Of a DNA stretch of 37,074 nt, positions 33,380 to 37,074 are shown piece by piece. The notes beneath the pieces were generated by a model. It saw only the letters and a list, made by a program, of their open reading frames with translations, was not told the origin of the DNA and searched no databases. This DNA is from Octopus bimaculoides (lineage: Eukaryota), in the NCBI RefSeq assembly GCF_001194135.2, contig NC_068984.1, forward strand, positions 80,011,770-80,048,843, given 5' to 3'. Each line of letters begins with the position of its first letter. The stretch's first letter is position 1. A program made the position numbers and the translations under genes.

Positions 33380-34899
33380 TTAAAATCACTTGAAATCTTG
33401 TGTCAGAATGTCAGAGAACATGGTTTCTGCTACAGTTTATTTCCGTCTCTAGATATGAATCAATATCCATCAGGATCAAGCATCTCTTTTGGTCATACTC
33501 ATTAGTTGAACACTTGGCAATTGCCATGAGTTTTGCAGTACTACTGTGTCCTTTTCTACTAAACTACACTGCTTTATTTTATCTGTTTATAGTGAAGTCG
33601 ATTGAGCCATTGAGACATGTATGTGTTTGTTGTGGATATATCATTACCACAGTGTCAGTTCAAGAAAAACTGACTGATCAAGTAGTTTTTCTTTTACCTT
33701 ATCTACTCAGTCAACTCAACCAACAGCCATGTACATCATCATACACATGCACACTTGACTGAATCAATTGCTCCATTTAACATCATCCCCTGACCCTTGA
33801 ATACCTTTTTATGGTATCTACTCTCTGACTAACATTTGACCCACACTTCCTGTGTGAATAATGGTTTCATATTGTGATGCAGCACTTCCTACTGCATCAT
33901 CCTTCGTGCAATGTCACAGTTTGACTTGTTAGAGGGTATAGGTGCTAATAGCTCTCAAGTAGTTGGGCCCCAGGATTATAGTTTTGGGAGGCAGCTATAT
34001 TTGCTATCATGTCCTGATACCATTTCCAGTTGGCTTTTGACAGGGATTTTTAAAATGTTGTAAAAATTTCAAAATTTCCATAAAAATTCAGGTGAGCAGT
34101 GAAAGGAGATGTGAATGGGAATCAATGCTTTCTGCAGTAGGTGTTTATGATCCTATGTAGTCCAAATGGTGAATACTACTTCAACACTGATTGCAATTAT
34201 GTGGACATAGAAATAAAATACTATTGAATCAGATGGTTATGCTACCTGTGCAGAATGGACTGGGACAGGATATGTATGGCTGCATTAATTTAGACATGGC
34301 TGGAGAAGTGGAAACCTTCATGACTAAAGAACACTTAGTGCAGAATAAAACAAGGTGAGATGAGAGAAATAGATTTGAGTGAGACACAGAGAGTTGCCAA
34401 AGACAAAACTGAAGGGTATCAAATTATCAAAGGTTTATTTCCGAATTAGGAAAATGAGAATTGGATAAAAAAAAAAATTAACAGGAATTATCAGTTACTC
34501 AATAGTTATAGTTTTTTCCAGCCTTTTGCTGACTAGTCTTGGAGATTCTACAAATATCATGGACATTACACTTCATTCTTGGAATATATATATTTTTCTT
34601 TTTGTGGTTTAATCATGGGGAGTGGTGAAGGAGGCAGCATCCATGACCCTATGTATTCTCAGGGCCTCTGAGACTAGTGGAATGGTAGGAGAAAGTTATC
34701 TTTAAACTGGAGACTTCACATGAATGCTAATCCTTACAAGAGAATGAACTTTGCTGAAAACATCTAAGAACCAGATGATGGTGTTAAACCAAGTGTTATA
34801 TTATCCCTACAATCCAAGAACATGAAACACAAGGAGCTAGAATGAATGCTGTAAGGTATCTTGTCTAATGCTCCACCAATTCTACCAAGCCTCTACTCT

Positions 34900-35035
34900 C
34901 TATTGGTATTTTACTTTATCAATGCCAAATGAATGAAAGGTAAAGTTAACTTCACAATGTTTGAAATCAGGAATCAGTATGCCAGAACAAATACTACAAA
35001 ATATTTTGTGCTATGCACTAATGACTCTGTTAATT
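34900..35035 (-). mobile_element. Meta-like SINE remnant
   Basis: tggtattttactttatc...gaatgaaaggtaaagttaac. Confidence 0.45.
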
Positions 35036-35521
35036 TTGAACATAAGCCCTTAAAATAAATAAANNNNNNNNNNCCAACCTTACAGGTAAAAATCGGTATA
35101 ATATTAAACCGGGTTTCCTAAGATATAATATATATGTATATAACTAATTTAGAGATAAACCACCACTCTACAACTCAGTCAACTCAGAACCCGTCCTAAT
35201 CCATGCTGTGAGGCATATACCATCTTAATAAATCTAATATTTTAATCTAAAAATTTAAATTAAATAACATATTACATAAATAAATCATAAGAATAAATCA
35301 TAGAAATATTAGTTTAAAAAATTTTAAAGTCAAATTTATAAATTGGACAGTAAAAATTAATACGATAATATACAGTATGGAAGTATAAATGTAAAAAGTT
35401 AGTGCTAGTTCATAGACTACGCGTGTTTCATGGCTGAAATAGGACTATATAAAATCATAAGCAAATTCTATCCGAATTCATTAAAACGGGGAAATGATTT
35501 CACACCCAAAATATAATTGAT

Positions 35522-35964
35522 TGTAATTGTAGAGATAAGACTAAATGTAAATTTAATAATAGATGTAACGTTGAGGACGTAGTATATAAATATATAGTGA
35601 TTTTAAAGGATAATAACTTAGTAATAATGATGACATAAATACTACTTACATTGGATCGACTTCCAATAAACTTAAACCCCGGGTGGCCCAACATATGAAC
35701 TCTTTTAAGAACAGAAATTCAATGAACTATACGGGCCTTAGTAAATAAATTCGGGAACTTAAATCAAAAAGAATAGAATACAAGTTAAAATGAGAAATAG
35801 TTTGCAAGGCTAAATCATATGGGATAGGGAATAAATTCTGCTTATTATGTACTAACGAATTTAAAGAGATATTATTAACTAATAAAAAATTGATTAACTC
35901 CTACGATGAACGTTATATTAAACGCAGACATAAATTAAATTACTTATATAATAAGTTTAGATAA
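35522..35964 (+). pseudogene. PLE GIY-YIG endonuclease relic
   Basis: CNCRDKTKCKFNNRCNVEDVVYK, then a frameshift, then YIGSTSNKLKPRVAQHMNSF...GLSK*IRELK...K*EIV..AKSY..GNKFCLLCTNE...RH; in-frame stops at 35746 and 35791. Confidence 0.9.
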
Positions 35965-36169
35965 CTAATTTATTTATTTAAACCTAGTATTAGGTACCAA
36001 CTTATAGTTGTGATCAATTTCGTAAAATACATTAAATTAGCTTTGGAATACACTTTAATCATCACAATACTATACTAAATTGGAACATATAACTACCTTT
36101 ACTTCAAGCATTCAACGATAATATGAGCAGTCTTTTACAATGTTTCATAACATTATTTAAGTAATATAT

Positions 36170-36590
36170 AATTTTCGTATTTGGTATAGTTATTATTCTG
36201 CGTAAATCTGGGAGTTTTAAATATTTTAGTATAATTAATCTTCATTAAACTTTTTATTTTAGGTCGATTTTCGTTTTCGATACTTTCATTATTATTTTAG
36301 TTTAGTAATTATAACACGTATTTACCTCTGGTAATGGATGCCATGTTTATCACGTGACTTTTCAGTATTAATTTTCATAGCATTATTTACGTAATATAGG
36401 ATTTTCGTATGTGTATAGTTATTACTCTGCGTTAATTTGCAAGTTTAAGTATTTTAGTATTTTTAATCCTCAAGAAACTTTTTATTTTAGGTAGATTTTC
36501 GTTTTCGATATTTTCGTTATTATTTTAGTAATTACATAGTTACTAAAAGACGGATGTCAATATTTAATCACGTGACCTTTTAGTATAAAT
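36170..36590 (+). repeat. About 230-bp diverged tandem duplication in the PLE 3'UTR
   Basis: attttcgtat..gtatagttatta.tctgcgt...aaactttttattttaggt.gattttcgttttcgata...atcacgtgac.ttt.agtat occurs twice (from about 36171 and 36401). Confidence 0.85.
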
Positions 36591-36702
36591 TCTATGGAAC
36601 CGCCATTTTGTTTTAATTTACAGTTACCAGCCGATAGATAAGTCATGTTTTCTTATTTTAATTTTATAAACAATATTGACATCCGTCTTTTAGTAACTAT
36701 GT
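36534..36702. repeat. Perfect 31-bp inverted repeat, 107-nt spacer
   Basis: acatagttactaaaagacggatgtcaatatt (36534-36564) / aatattgacatccgtcttttagtaactatgt (36672-36702). Confidence 0.97.
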
Positions 36703-36907
36703 ACACTAACACATTTCTTTTACTATTATCTACTTATTCCATAATGTTTTAACCTTGTTTACTATAATACTATATTTTAAAATTATAACTCTTATTAATA
36801 CCGTTAATGTGGGGATTAGTTTACAGATTTTGTCTCTTTATATATATTTTTATTTCTCATGTTTATGTTTATTCCTTGGATGATTTTAGGTATTTTCTTA
36901 TGGATTT

Positions 36908-37007
36908 GACCTGAAGAGTGACTGATTTTAGGAGTAAAATCATTTCCCCATTCTAATGAACTCGGATAGAATTTGCTTATGATTTTATAGTCCTATTTCA
37001 GCCATGA
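36908..37007 (+). ncRNA. Hammerhead ribozyme 5' part with about 90-nt extended stem II (3' part deleted here, present at 35415-35437 minus)
   Basis: GAC CTGAAGA GTGACTGA..TAGGA..AAAATCAT..ATTCTA..TAGAAT..ATGATTTT..TCCTA..TCAGCCAT GA; the inverted copy continues GAAAC acgc GTA GTC. Confidence 0.55.
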
Positions 37008-37039
37008 GTTGTAGAGTGGTGGTTTATCTCTAAATTAGT

Positions 37040-37073
<34 letters not shown>

Positions 37074-37074
37074 T

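Larger units (their letters stand above)
35074..37050 (+). mobile_element. 5'-truncated Penelope-like element: inverted pseudo-LTR, GIY-YIG endonuclease, about 0.9 kb 3'UTR, pseudo-LTR
   Basis: 35128-35177 and 35428-35512 are reverse complements of 37005-37050 and 36925-37007; the endonuclease relic lies between them; the right end runs into (TA)n. Confidence 0.85.

Noticed and set aside
35746-35793. In-frame TAA and TGA in the PLE endonuclease as possible recoding or selenocysteine
   Set aside because: They fall at positions normally Tyr and Trp, there is also a frameshift, and TGA is not at a Cys position; ordinary decay.

Overview
AT-rich eukaryotic genomic scaffold, most likely a coleoid cephalopod (Octopus-like). 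This is inferred from the tRNA-derived SINE families, TTAA-MITEs and very dense (TA)n/(CA)n/(ATT)n/(ATG)n microsatellites. The window has 7 assembly gaps. No host protein-coding gene can be named with confidence. Most listed ORFs are microsatellite or N-gap artefacts, and the recognisable coding sequence is transposon-derived: a Penelope-like (PLE) reverse transcriptase fragment (1-345, minus), a PLE GIY-YIG endonuclease with 3'UTR and inverted pseudo-LTRs (35074-37050), three RTE-clade LINE relics and a deleted Tc1 transposase. Other features are about 25 SINE copies, hAT and piggyBac-type MITEs and a decayed initiator tRNA-Met. The most interesting signal is a set of hammerhead-ribozyme (HHR) motifs from at least three PLE-related families, mostly sitting in or next to (TA)n tracts. 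One HHR has an unusually long stem II and survives only as two complementary halves in two inverted pseudo-LTRs. There are also several local inverted duplications and fold-backs (102 bp, 31 bp, 23 bp) that could form dsRNA. All alignments and coordinates were made by eye.
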